Source: Acidimicrobiia bacterium (GTDB lineage Bacteria > Actinomycetota > Acidimicrobiia > IMCC26256 > JAMXLJ01). Taken from it: a stretch of 64,000 bases of DNA. Positions 54,700 to 63,217 of this stretch are shown here, piece by piece. The notes under the pieces were generated by a model. It saw only the letters and a program-made list of their open reading frames with translations, was not told the origin of the DNA and did not search any database. Within the stretch, counting starts at the first letter, position 1. Each line of letters opens with the position of its first letter. The stretch lies in contig JAMXLJ010000082.1 of NCBI GenBank assembly GCA_024281095.1, positions 31,700 to 95,699 of the forward strand, in the 5' to 3' direction. Both the position numbers and the translations under genes were made by a program.

Positions 54700-54933
54700 T
54701 CACTGCCGGCGCAGCAGCCGCCCGGCCCAGGCGCGTACTTCGGGCCAGTACCAGACGAACTCGTGGCCTCGGCGTCCGATCGGTTCGGGGAAGCCGAGCC
54801 GGCCCCGCCGGAGATCGTGCACACGCTGCACCGTCAACGCGGGCAAGCGAAGGACGATCTCGCGGGCGCTGACGACGTCACGCGGATGGAACCGTTCAGG
54901 CCCGCGGCGCTGCTGTTCGCCGCGCTCGTTCAT
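54700..54933 (-). CDS. Small excisionase/AlpA/MerR-like HTH (HTH_17-type) DNA-binding protein
   Basis: The 77-aa product contains ...AREIVLRLPALTVQRVHDLRRGRLGFPEPIG...VWYWPEVRAWA. It corresponds to the last 77 codons of an otherwise antisense track ORF. Confidence 0.6.
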   Translation of the reverse strand: MNERGEQQRRGPERFHPRDVVSAREIVLRLPALTVQRVHDLRRGRLGFPEPIGRRGHEFVWYWPEVRAWAGRLLRRQ

Positions 54934-55013
54934 TGCCGGACCCCTCGTGATGGAAGACGAAGCCGGGCCGACCGCACCTGCGGTCGGCCCGGCGTTCGCG
55001 CTCGTCGAACCGG

Positions 55014-56525
55014 CTACTCCGTTGTGACGCCGGTCGGCACGCCTGATGGCTCGTACGCACTGCCGTTGCCGGTCGTCTTGCCGGCGGGAATCGGCGAGTA
55101 CCCCATGTACGCGTACTCGGGGTGGTACGCCGACGCACCGTGCTCGTGGATGTCGAGCCCCTCGAGCTCGCCCTCCTCGGAGATGCGCAGCGTCCGCGTG
55201 ACCTTGACGAGGTACATGAGGGCGAGCCCCGCGGCGAGCGTCGCAACCGTGATCGTCAGACTGCCGATGAACTGTGCCCACAGCTGATGGATACCGCCGC
55301 CGTAGAAGAGCCCCTTCACGACCGTGGAGGAATCGGGACCTGTGGGCCCCGGCACGCCGTAGTTCCCCACGGCGAAGAGACCGAGACTGAGCGTCCCCCA
55401 GATTCCTGCCGCACCGTGCACCGCGAACGCACCACACGGGTCGTCGACCCGGATCCATTCCGTGAAGTCGACTGCGAGCACCACGACTGCGCCGGCGACC
55501 GCACCGATCGCGATCGCACCGGCCGGCGAGACCCAATAACAGGGACAGGTGATCGCCACGAGGCCGGCGAGGAGGCCGTTGATGCTGATGCCGACGTCGA
55601 ACTTCTTCGAACGGGGATAGACCCACGCGATTGCCACGAGCGACCCGGCGCATGCGGCGAGCGTGGTGTTGGTCGCGATCCTTCCGATGCCCTCGAAGTC
55701 CATCGCCGACAGCGTGCTGCCCGGGTTGAACCCGTACCAGCCGAACCACAGGATGATCCCGCCGAGCGCGGCGAGCGTCATGTTGTGGCCCGGGGGCAGG
55801 CCGCCGCCGTCACGCTTGAACACACGACCGACGCGCGGTCCCAGTGCGATGGCGCCGGTGAGCGCGAGCACGCCACCAATGGTGTGCACCACGGTCGAGC
55901 CTGCGAAGTCGCGAAACGGCACGTCCATTGTCGCGAGCCAGCCGTTGGGTCCCCAGATCCAGTGGCCGAAGATCGGGTAGATGAAGCCGCTCACCCCGAT
56001 GCTGTAGAGCAGGTCGCCCTTGAAGCCCGTGCGGCCGACCATCGCGCCCGACACGATCGTGCTCGCGGTGTCTGCGAACGCGAACTGGAACAGGAAGAAC
56101 GCGAGGAACGCGACGCCTGTGGTGCCGTATGTGTGCGGTATGCCCTGCAGGAAGAAGAAGTGGTAGCCGATCCACCCGTTGCCGTTTCCGAACATGAACG
56201 CGAACCCGAAGGCCCAGAACAAGATGCCGCACATCGCGGTGTCCGCGATGCACTCGATCATGATGTTCGAGACTTCACGCGTTCTGGCGAAGCCGCCTTC
56301 GAGCATCATGAACCCGGCCTGCATGAAGAACACGAGGAACGCCGTCACGAGCGTCCACACCGTGTTCACCGGGTTGACGATGTCGCCTGCCTTCACGGCG
56401 GTGTCGCGCAACACCGACGCGCCTGCCTGCGTCCCGAAGTACCACGTGAACAAGTAGATCGCCGCCAAGACGGCGCCCAGCCCGACCATTTTCCCGCCGA
56501 GGTATGCGCCGAAGGATCGGCGCAT
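55014..56525 (-). CDS. amt: Ammonium transporter (Amt family)
   Basis: Family segments present include FLVFFMQAGFMMLEGG, AGSTVVHTIGG, and a C-terminal LRISEEGELEGLDIHEHG. The start is uncertain: GTG 56606, ATG 56525 or ATG 56489. Confidence 0.9.
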   Translation of the reverse strand: MRRSFGAYLGGKMVGLGAVLAAIYLFTWYFGTQAGASVLRDTAVKAGDIVNPVNTVWTLVTAFLVFFMQAGFMMLEGGFARTREVSNIMIECIADTAMCGILFWAFGFAFMFGNGNGWIGYHFFFLQGIPHTYGTTGVAFLAFFLFQFAFADTASTIVSGAMVGRTGFKGDLLYSIGVSGFIYPIFGHWIWGPNGWLATMDVPFRDFAGSTVVHTIGGVLALTGAIALGPRVGRVFKRDGGGLPPGHNMTLAALGGIILWFGWYGFNPGSTLSAMDFEGIGRIATNTTLAACAGSLVAIAWVYPRSKKFDVGISINGLLAGLVAITCPCYWVSPAGAIAIGAVAGAVVVLAVDFTEWIRVDDPCGAFAVHGAAGIWGTLSLGLFAVGNYGVPGPTGPDSSTVVKGLFYGGGIHQLWAQFIGSLTITVATLAAGLALMYLVKVTRTLRISEEGELEGLDIHEHGASAYHPEYAYMGYSPIPAGKTTGNGSAYEPSGVPTGVTTE

Positions 56526-56622
56526 GTGCCGATCCTGGATGCGATCCCTCAGCCGTATCCGCAGAATGCTCATCATGAGTCGCAAGGTACGAGCGACCCG
56601 TTGCACGTTTGTTGGCGCGTCG

Positions 56623-58980
56623 TTACGGATCGTCGCCAGGATGCTGACGCATAGATGAGTGCTCGGACGGCAACGGTCCTTCCGTCTTCGCCAGCGCGTC
56701 CAGCACCGCGCCCTCGACGTTCTCGAGCAGGCGCTCGTCGACGACTTTCTTCCCGTCGGAGTCGACGACGTAGAAGGTGTCGATCACCTCGTGGCCGAGG
56801 GTCGACACCTTCGCGTGGCGGATGTCGAGGCCGAGCGACGCGAGCACGCTCGTTGTCGCGTACAACACGCCGATCCCGTCGGGCGCGCGGACCTCGATGA
56901 TCGTCGCGTTCGGCGAGCCGTTGGAATCGAACATCACGAGAGCCTGCGCCGGGTGCGCCGCGGTGGGCCGCCGGAGCGTTCGCGAGTTCGCGGCGTAGTC
57001 CGCCAGCCGCGACGCGAGCGCCAGCTCGCCTGCGAGCGCACGATTCACATCTCGCTCGATCGCCTGGGCATCGGCCGCTTCGCGCGTTGCTTCGATGTCG
57101 AACGCCGAGACGGCGATGCCGTCATCGGACGAACGGGCCCGCCCGGCCCGCACGTTGTGCCCGTGGAGGGCGAGCACGCCGACGACCGTTGCGAACAGTC
57201 CTTGGCGGTCCGGCGCGACGACCGAGACGTGGTCACCCTCGATGTCGACGGTCAGCGTTCCGTCGAAGCGGCTGCTCAGGGACTGTTCCGGCGGATCGAG
57301 CGGCACCGGATGGTGGGGCACGCCCCGGAACCGGCTGCCAACTCGGTGGACAAGGTCCTTCACGAGCTCGGCCTTCCACGGCGACCATGCCGTGTCGCCA
57401 GTGGCGAGGGAGTCGGCTTCGACGAGCGCGTGCAGCAATTCGAGCAGCTCCACGGAACCCACGGCATCCGCGACCGCGGTGATCGTCGCGTCGTCGTCGA
57501 GGTCACGACTCGTAGCGACCGCCGGCAACAACAGGTGATATCGAACCATGTCGACGAGGATGTCGACGTCGTGGTCCGGGAAACCCATGCGGCTCGCCAG
57601 CATCGCGGCGAGCTCGACACCCGCGTCCGTGTGGTCACCGGGGAAGCCCTTGCCGAGGTCGTGGAGCAACGCTCCGACGAGCAACAGGTCTGGACGTGCG
57701 ACACGGCGAACGAGGCGCGTCGCACGCGCAACGGTTTCGAGCAGATGCCGGTCGACCGTGTAGCGGTGAAACGCGTTGCGTTGGGGTAGCGATCGGACCG
57801 CAGCCCACTCGGGGATCACCCGGGTCCAGAGCCCGAGCTGATCGAGTCCCTCGACGAGCGCGATGGAGCCGTCACCGGCGCCGAGCAGAGCCACGAACGC
57901 CCGGCGTGCCTCGTGACTCCATCGGCGCGTCATCCGCGGTGTCGCCTCGCGGAGCCGTTCGACCGCGGAGCCGGCGATCGGGCATCCGAAATACGCACTC
58001 GCTTCCGCGACGCGCAGTAACAGACTGTCGTCGTGACAGGGGTCGGCGGTCTGGCTCACCACGATCTCGTCGTCGAGCACCTCGATTCCCGGGCCGACCG
58101 CGGCTGTTCGTGGGAAACGCCGGCGTGCCGGAGCCTTCAGCGCGCGCCATGCGTCGTCGAAGACCCATGTGACCGTGCGACCTGCTGTTGCAACTCGAGC
58201 CATCAAGGCGTGGGCGTCGCGAAGGCCGAGCGCGGTAGCGACCGCCTCTTGATCCTCGAGGAACAGGTGCTCCTCCGCCCGTCGTGCGTGTCCGTGGAGA
58301 GCCACGCGTACCGACAGCAGTGTCGCGGCGGCGCGCAGGAGGCCCGGTCGCCGGCACGCCTCCACACCGAGGGGTGCGAGCGCGCGCAACACCGTGATGT
58401 CGCGTTGACCGCCTCGGCCCTCCTTGAGATCGGGCTCGAGCAGGTACGCGACCTCACCCGCCCGTGCGTGCCGAGCTCGGCACTGCTCCTCGAGCGGCTC
58501 CAGCCATCGCGGTGCGTGGCGCCGCCACAGCTCGCGCGCGCTGCGCGCGAGCTCCGCGCCGAGGTCGGCGTCGCCCGCGACAACGCGCGCGTCGAGCAAC
58601 CCGAGTTGGACCTTCAGATCCTGGCGGGCCGCGTCGAGTGCTTCGCCGACCGTCCGGACGCTGTGATCGAGTCGCAGGCCCGCGTCCCAGATCGGATACC
58701 ACATGCGGTCCGCGATCTCCGTGACGTCCCGCCGCCGGCGGTGCACGAGCACGAGATCCAGATCACTGCCCGGGCACAGCTCGCCGCGTGCGTAGCTGCC
58801 GACGGCGACGAGTGCGACTCCCTCGCCGGCGTCGCCGAGCAACGTATCGAGCCAGGTGTCGAGCGCCGCCGTGTAGGCGGACGTGAAGTCGCGCCCGTCG
58901 TGCGCGCTGTGGTCCGCCAGCGCGCGACGCAGGCTCAGGATCGAAGCACCGCCACTACAGCGCGTCGTCGCCGATGTCAC
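56623..58980 (-). CDS. glnD: [Protein-PII] uridylyl/adenylyl-transferase GlnD
   Basis: The nucleotidyltransferase segment VAVGSYARGELCPGSDLDLVLVH, an HD domain (LLHDLGKG) and two C-terminal ACT-like repeats are present. The inferred GTG 58980 overlaps the glnK end by 26 nt. Confidence 0.9.
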   Translation of the reverse strand: MTSATTRCSGGASILSLRRALADHSAHDGRDFTSAYTAALDTWLDTLLGDAGEGVALVAVGSYARGELCPGSDLDLVLVHRRRRDVTEIADRMWYPIWDAGLRLDHSVRTVGEALDAARQDLKVQLGLLDARVVAGDADLGAELARSARELWRRHAPRWLEPLEEQCRARHARAGEVAYLLEPDLKEGRGGQRDITVLRALAPLGVEACRRPGLLRAAATLLSVRVALHGHARRAEEHLFLEDQEAVATALGLRDAHALMARVATAGRTVTWVFDDAWRALKAPARRRFPRTAAVGPGIEVLDDEIVVSQTADPCHDDSLLLRVAEASAYFGCPIAGSAVERLREATPRMTRRWSHEARRAFVALLGAGDGSIALVEGLDQLGLWTRVIPEWAAVRSLPQRNAFHRYTVDRHLLETVARATRLVRRVARPDLLLVGALLHDLGKGFPGDHTDAGVELAAMLASRMGFPDHDVDILVDMVRYHLLLPAVATSRDLDDDATITAVADAVGSVELLELLHALVEADSLATGDTAWSPWKAELVKDLVHRVGSRFRGVPHHPVPLDPPEQSLSSRFDGTLTVDIEGDHVSVVAPDRQGLFATVVGVLALHGHNVRAGRARSSDDGIAVSAFDIEATREAADAQAIERDVNRALAGELALASRLADYAANSRTLRRPTAAHPAQALVMFDSNGSPNATIIEVRAPDGIGVLYATTSVLASLGLDIRHAKVSTLGHEVIDTFYVVDSDGKKVVDERLLENVEGAVLDALAKTEGPLPSEHSSMRQHPGDDP

Positions 58981-59293
58981 CGGTACGAATCCGCACGGCG
59001 ATGTCGACGGGCTGGATCCACAGCTTCCCGTCGCCGATCTTCCCCGTTCGAGCCGCTTCGACGATGGTGTTGGCGACCTTCTCGGCTTGATCGTTGCTCG
59101 TGAGCACCTCGAGCCGTACCTTCGGCACGAAGTCGACCCGGTACTCACCACCGCGGTACACCTCGCTGTGACCGCGCTGCCTACCGTGGCCGCGAACCTC
59201 CGTGATCGTCATTCCTGACACGTCGATGTCGTGCAATGCCTCGGTGACGGCTTCGAGCTTGTGGGGCTTCACGACCGCGACGACGAGCTTCAT
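58955..59293 (-). CDS. glnK: Nitrogen regulatory protein P-II
   Basis: The 112-aa product starts MKLVVAVVKPHKL and has the T-loop GRQRGHSEVYRGGEY with the modifiable Tyr51. The C-terminal segment reads GKIGDGKLWI. Confidence 0.95.
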   Translation of the reverse strand: MKLVVAVVKPHKLEAVTEALHDIDVSGMTITEVRGHGRQRGHSEVYRGGEYRVDFVPKVRLEVLTSNDQAEKVANTIVEAARTGKIGDGKLWIQPVDIAVRIRTGDIGDDAL

Positions 59294-59360
59294 CCCGAGT
59301 CCTCCTGGTGTGCGACACGCTCACGCTACGGGCCGAAGGTCTCGCTCCCGTCTCGTGTGT

Positions 59361-59376
59361 GTAACAACCATGTAAC
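59361..59376. promoter_or_regulatory. GlnR-box-like direct repeat GTAAC-n6-GTAAC upstream of glnK
   Basis: GTAAC lies at 59361..59365 and at 59372..59376, 68 to 83 nt upstream of the glnK ATG. Weaker flanking half-sites GTCTC and CTGAC sit at the same 11-nt phase. Confidence 0.45.
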
Positions 59377-59426
59377 GCCTCGCTGACCGGAGGTGTCGTT
59401 GACGCCGGGTCAGCGGTGCGCGGCCG

Positions 59427-60419
59427 GTGCCGTACCGTTTCGCCGTGGAGCCGTGGGGCCGCGCGCCCGGGCCGTTGCGCCGGCGGTTGGAGGAGCGTTT
59501 CCGGCAGCGTCACGGATTGGACGCCCCGTCCGATCTGAGCGTGCACGAGCTGACTGTTGGTCCGGTGGCCAGGACGTACTGGACGGCCCCGCCTCCGGAC
59601 GGCGTGAAGGGTCCCGCGCCGGTGCTCCTGGTCTTGCACGGCGCCGGCGGGCAGGGTCCCGGCATGGCCGCCATGACGGGGCTTCACTGCCGTGGACCGG
59701 CCGCCGGCTTCATCACCGTGTTCCCGGACGGTCACGGCCGGGTGTGGAACGACGCGCGCGACGCGCCCGGAGTGCGGCGGCGCAGGAGCATCGACGATGT
59801 CGCGTTCCTCCAGGCGTTGGTGCGGACGTTGGCGTCCGACGGCGCGGCCCGGGCCGACGGTGTCTACCTGGCCGGCATGTCCAACGGCGCACTGATGGCC
59901 GAGCACCTCGCGCGCCACGGGTTGCTGCCCGTCACGGGCATCGCACTCGTCGCGGGCCCGGGAACGCAGACGTCGCGCCGCTCGATGCCGCGGCCTGCGC
60001 GCGGCGCGTCGGTGGCGCTGTTCGCCGGAACGCACGACCCGCTCATGCCGTATGGCGGCGGGCCCATCGGCCCGATCGGCCGGATCGTTCAGCGTCGCCG
60101 GCGCGGCAACACCGATCGCGGCCTGGCGGTCGGGGCCGAGGACGTTGCCCGCGACTGGGCGGCCGCCAACGGTATTGACGTGCCGCCGAGCATCGAGTCG
60201 TGGCCCGGCACGCCGGATGGGCTCCGCGTGATCCGAATGGAGTGGCGTGCAGCGGGGCGGCCGCCGGTTGTGCTGTACCGGATCGAGGGCGGGGGACACG
60301 CATGGCCGGGCGGCCCGCCGTACCTGCCCGAGCGCTTCATCGGACCCGTGACGCGGAGCCTCGACGCGTCGGGCATCCTGCTCGAGCAGTTCCGCGCTCA
60401 GGAAGCCGGCCCGTCATAG
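59427..60419 (+). CDS. PHB-depolymerase-family esterase (LpqC-like alpha/beta hydrolase)
   Basis: The segments LLVLHGAGG, ITVFPDG and the nucleophile elbow LAGMSNGA are present. The product is 330 aa and uses a GTG start. Confidence 0.8.
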   Translation: MPYRFAVEPWGRAPGPLRRRLEERFRQRHGLDAPSDLSVHELTVGPVARTYWTAPPPDGVKGPAPVLLVLHGAGGQGPGMAAMTGLHCRGPAAGFITVFPDGHGRVWNDARDAPGVRRRRSIDDVAFLQALVRTLASDGAARADGVYLAGMSNGALMAEHLARHGLLPVTGIALVAGPGTQTSRRSMPRPARGASVALFAGTHDPLMPYGGGPIGPIGRIVQRRRRGNTDRGLAVGAEDVARDWAAANGIDVPPSIESWPGTPDGLRVIRMEWRAAGRPPVVLYRIEGGGHAWPGGPPYLPERFIGPVTRSLDASGILLEQFRAQEAGPS

Positions 60420-60437
60420 CGACCCGCCGTCGCGGTT

Positions 60438-60902
60438 TCAGGCCGCTCCGACTGTGCGCCGCGTGGCCACCACGAACTCGGTCCGGACGGCGCGGTCGTC
60501 GTGCAGCCGGCCTGTGAGTGCGAGCGTCACGGTTCCCGCCGCCCGAGCGAGCGTGTCGTGCGGCGTGACGGGCACGTGGCGGGCCTCGACGATTGCGCCG
60601 GCGCCGCGTGGCGCGAGGTGATCGTTGATCGCGCCGACGATGTGATCGGTCAGCTGTTGCTGGCTGTGCGCGCCCCCCGCAAGGTGTTCGACGAGTCGCA
60701 CCAGCTTCGAGAGCCCAACGATGCGTTCGCCAGGTACATATGCGAGGTGAACAACACCGTGGAACGGCTCGCCGTCTCCTGCCCCCCGCGACCAGAAGAA
60801 GATGTCGCGTACGACGATCATCTCGTCGTAGCGGCCGTCGTTTTCGAACGTCGTGAACGAGAACGCCGTGTCGTGCTCGGGACATTCATCGATGCATGTC
60901 AT
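60438..60902 (-). CDS. GTP cyclohydrolase I (FolE)-like T-fold protein lacking the zinc/catalytic residues
   Basis: The sequence MIVVRDIFFWSRGAGDGEPFHGVVHLAYVPGERIVGLSKLVRLVEHLAGGAHSQQQLTDHI...VEARHVPV aligns by eye to the FolE core, but the CEHH and HxC motifs are replaced. An ATGA overlap links it to the upstream gene. Confidence 0.7.
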   Translation of the reverse strand: MTCIDECPEHDTAFSFTTFENDGRYDEMIVVRDIFFWSRGAGDGEPFHGVVHLAYVPGERIVGLSKLVRLVEHLAGGAHSQQQLTDHIVGAINDHLAPRGAGAIVEARHVPVTPHDTLARAAGTVTLALTGRLHDDRAVRTEFVVATRRTVGAA

Positions 60903-61468
60903 GCCGCGTGATCACCGGGGAACACGTCGGTCTCCGACTTGTGCCAGACGGCGCTGTCGGATGCGGTCTCGACGTTGAACCCGTAGTCGTAGACAAGCGA
61001 GCCGCCGTACATTGCGCCGAGCGCGACGAGTACGGCGACGACGAGCGAGAGCGCGAGGATTCCGGCGCTCGGATATGTACGCGTGTGGTACGTGTTCAGG
61101 CGCAACGCGATGTCGGCGATCGCGAGCAACGTGACGAGCACCATTGCGCACGCGTGAACGTTCGCCGTGCGCCGAGCTTGAGTGCCTTGCTCGGTCGATC
61201 GCAACCAGTCCCAGAAGCCGGTCAACGCTGCGAGCACCGAGAGCACCGCGCCGCCGATGAACACGTAGGTCCCGGCATGGAAGAAGTCACGGGCGAAGGA
61301 GTGGTGGTGGCCCGCGGTAGCCACGACGTCGAACGCGGCGCCGAGGATGTAGCCGGCGACCGGGAAGTCGGTCAGTGGAGGATGGGCCGGCTTCCCGGAC
61401 CAGCCCCGTAGGCCTTTGAACAGCCGCCCGCGCAAGGTCAGCGTCGGTCGGATCGAGAACCTCCGCAT
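60899..61468 (-). CDS. DUF2231-like integral membrane protein
   Basis: The 189-aa product has four predicted transmembrane helices and the N-terminus KPAHPPLTDFPVAGYILGAAFD. An RBS, GAGGAGG, lies upstream. Confidence 0.7.
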   Translation of the reverse strand: MRRFSIRPTLTLRGRLFKGLRGWSGKPAHPPLTDFPVAGYILGAAFDVVATAGHHHSFARDFFHAGTYVFIGGAVLSVLAALTGFWDWLRSTEQGTQARRTANVHACAMVLVTLLAIADIALRLNTYHTRTYPSAGILALSLVVAVLVALGAMYGGSLVYDYGFNVETASDSAVWHKSETDVFPGDHAA

Positions 61469-61485
61469 TCGTCCCGCCTCCTCTA

Positions 61486-61549
61486 TCGACAAGTTGTGTC
61501 GAACATAGAAAGCCGGGACTGTAATGTCAATCGGGTTGTGCTTTAGAAT
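61486..61549. promoter_or_regulatory. Divergent promoter/operator region: inverted repeat TCGACA-n5-TGTCGA and a TAGAAT -10 box placed for a leaderless regulator transcript
   Basis: The inverted repeat spans 61486..61502. TAGAAT lies at 61544..61549, 6 nt before GTG 61556. This is locally the most A+T-rich stretch. Confidence 0.35.
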
Positions 61550-61555
61550 CTGGGC

Positions 61556-62242
61556 GTGGGCGACCAGGCGTTCCGCGACCGGGTGCACGACCTTGCCGCG
61601 CTGGACCAGCCGGTGCGCCGGCAGGTCTTCGATGTACTGAGCCGGCAGGAATGGCGCAGCCGCGAAGAGGTCGCCGAGGCGGTGGGCCTGGCGCGCTCGG
61701 TCGCCGCCTTCCACCTCGAGCGGCTCGCCGAAGCGAGGCTCGTCGACGTGCGCCAGGCGCGTACGAGCGGGCGGACGGGTCCCGGCGCGGGCCGTCCCGC
61801 AAAGCTCTACCGGCGTAGTGAGGAGGCGGTCAGCGTGTCCGTCCCCGAACGGCGCTACGACGTCGCGGGCCTCGTCCTCGCACGGGCGGTGGACGACGCG
61901 ATGACGGGCCGCCGGACACTGCCCGACGCGCTCGCCGCGGCCGCACGCGGCGTCGGTCACGACCTCGCATCGTCCATCGAGGCCGACACAGGCGTTGCCG
62001 CCTCGGACTCCGTCGTCGCCGCGCTCACCGTGCACGGATACGAGCCGCGGCCCCAGCAGGGCGAGATCGTGCTCGACAATTGTCCGTTCCACGCGCTCGC
62101 CGAGGACCACCGCGAACTGGTGTGCAGGATCAACCTCGAGCTGCTCTCGGGGCTTCTCGAGGGAGCGCCCGCTGCGGACCTCGACGCGCGGCTCGAGTAC
62201 GAACCCGGGTTCTGCTGCGTGCGCCTCGCTCCGCGTCGGTGA
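61556..62242 (+). CDS. ArsR/HTH_20-type winged-helix regulator with Cys-rich C-terminal domain
   Basis: The winged-helix segment reads RRQVFDVLSRQEWRSREEVAEAVGLARSVAAFHLERLAEARLV...GRPAKLYR. The C-terminus reads DNCPFHALA...LVCRINLELL...GFCCVRL. Confidence 0.75.
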   Translation: MGDQAFRDRVHDLAALDQPVRRQVFDVLSRQEWRSREEVAEAVGLARSVAAFHLERLAEARLVDVRQARTSGRTGPGAGRPAKLYRRSEEAVSVSVPERRYDVAGLVLARAVDDAMTGRRTLPDALAAAARGVGHDLASSIEADTGVAASDSVVAALTVHGYEPRPQQGEIVLDNCPFHALAEDHRELVCRINLELLSGLLEGAPAADLDARLEYEPGFCCVRLAPRR

Positions 62243-62265
62243 GGTGAGCAGCGACCCCGGCGTGT

Positions 62266-63078
62266 TCAGACCGACAGGTCGAGGATCCGCACCGAGACCG
62301 GCGTTGTCTTGCCCTTCAGGTCGAGATCGACGCTCGTACCTTCGCCGTCGTCGAGCCCGGCGAGCCGCGCGACTTCCGCGCTCATCACGATTTGCCCGCC
62401 ACGCGCATGTGATTGCAGGCGGGATGCCGTGTTGACCACGTCGCCGATGGCAGTGAAGTCACTCACCTCTCCCTCGCCGACATGGCCGACGAAGGCCGGC
62501 CCGGTATCAAGGCCGATGCCGACCTGGAGCACCGGCCCCGCGGGTGTTCCGTATCCCAACTCGCGCAGCAGCGTGCGCGCGTCGTCCACCATGGCATCGG
62601 CGTAGCGCCCGCCCGGCGTGAGAGCCGGGATGTACACACCCATGACCTCGTCGCCGATGAGCTTGTCGACGATGCCATGACGCACGATCACGCGCGTGGC
62701 GTCGCTGTAGAAACGGTTGAGCAGCTCGACCATCTGCCGGCCCGTCGAGTGCTCCGCGAGCGCGGTCGAACCTCGGACGTCGGCGAAGAGCACACCGACC
62801 GTGAGCGTGGCCCCGCCGGCGGGGGACTTCTCGAAGCACAGCTCGCACCAACGCGGGTTCTTGCGTGACGGCGCCTTGCCCGTGAGGCGCATGAGCCGTC
62901 CGCCGAATCCGCCGAACGGAGAGCCGCACGCCTCGCAACGGGGTGCGGAGGGTATCAGGCCCATGATCCGCACCGCGCGGCGGTAGCGCGCATGGCCGAA
63001 CCACCGGAAGTACCGCTCCCACTCGTCCTGTTGGACTTGCGCGCCCTCGGGAAGCTCCGGGATGCCAGGGTCGGTCAT
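62266..63078 (-). CDS. Class III adenylate/guanylate cyclase with N-terminal CxxC...CxxC zinc-ribbon-like segment
   Basis: The cyclase motifs LFADVRGST, KLIGDEVMG and GDVVNTASRL are present. The N-terminal segment reads RCEACGSPF...WCELCF. An RBS, GGAG, lies upstream. The product is 270 aa. Confidence 0.85.
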   Translation of the reverse strand: MTDPGIPELPEGAQVQQDEWERYFRWFGHARYRRAVRIMGLIPSAPRCEACGSPFGGFGGRLMRLTGKAPSRKNPRWCELCFEKSPAGGATLTVGVLFADVRGSTALAEHSTGRQMVELLNRFYSDATRVIVRHGIVDKLIGDEVMGVYIPALTPGGRYADAMVDDARTLLRELGYGTPAGPVLQVGIGLDTGPAFVGHVGEGEVSDFTAIGDVVNTASRLQSHARGGQIVMSAEVARLAGLDDGEGTSVDLDLKGKTTPVSVRILDLSV

Positions 63079-63217
63079 TTGACGCTCCACGTGCAACGGA
63101 CCGGGGCCGCCGCCGGCCGAGATGTTCGCATGGTTCCGGGCGATCCGCCCGCGGCACCCTGTGTTCGGCCCATACGCGCCGGGTAGGCCGCGAGACAACA
63201 CGCAAGGAGGTGCGGAC

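Noticed and set aside
55122-56654. A 510-aa plus-strand ORF, and the 349-aa minus-strand ORF 54700..55749, both over the amt region.
   Set aside because: The Amt frame (55014..56606, minus strand) has unmistakable transporter motifs. Only the last 77 codons of the 349-aa ORF look real, as the small HTH protein.
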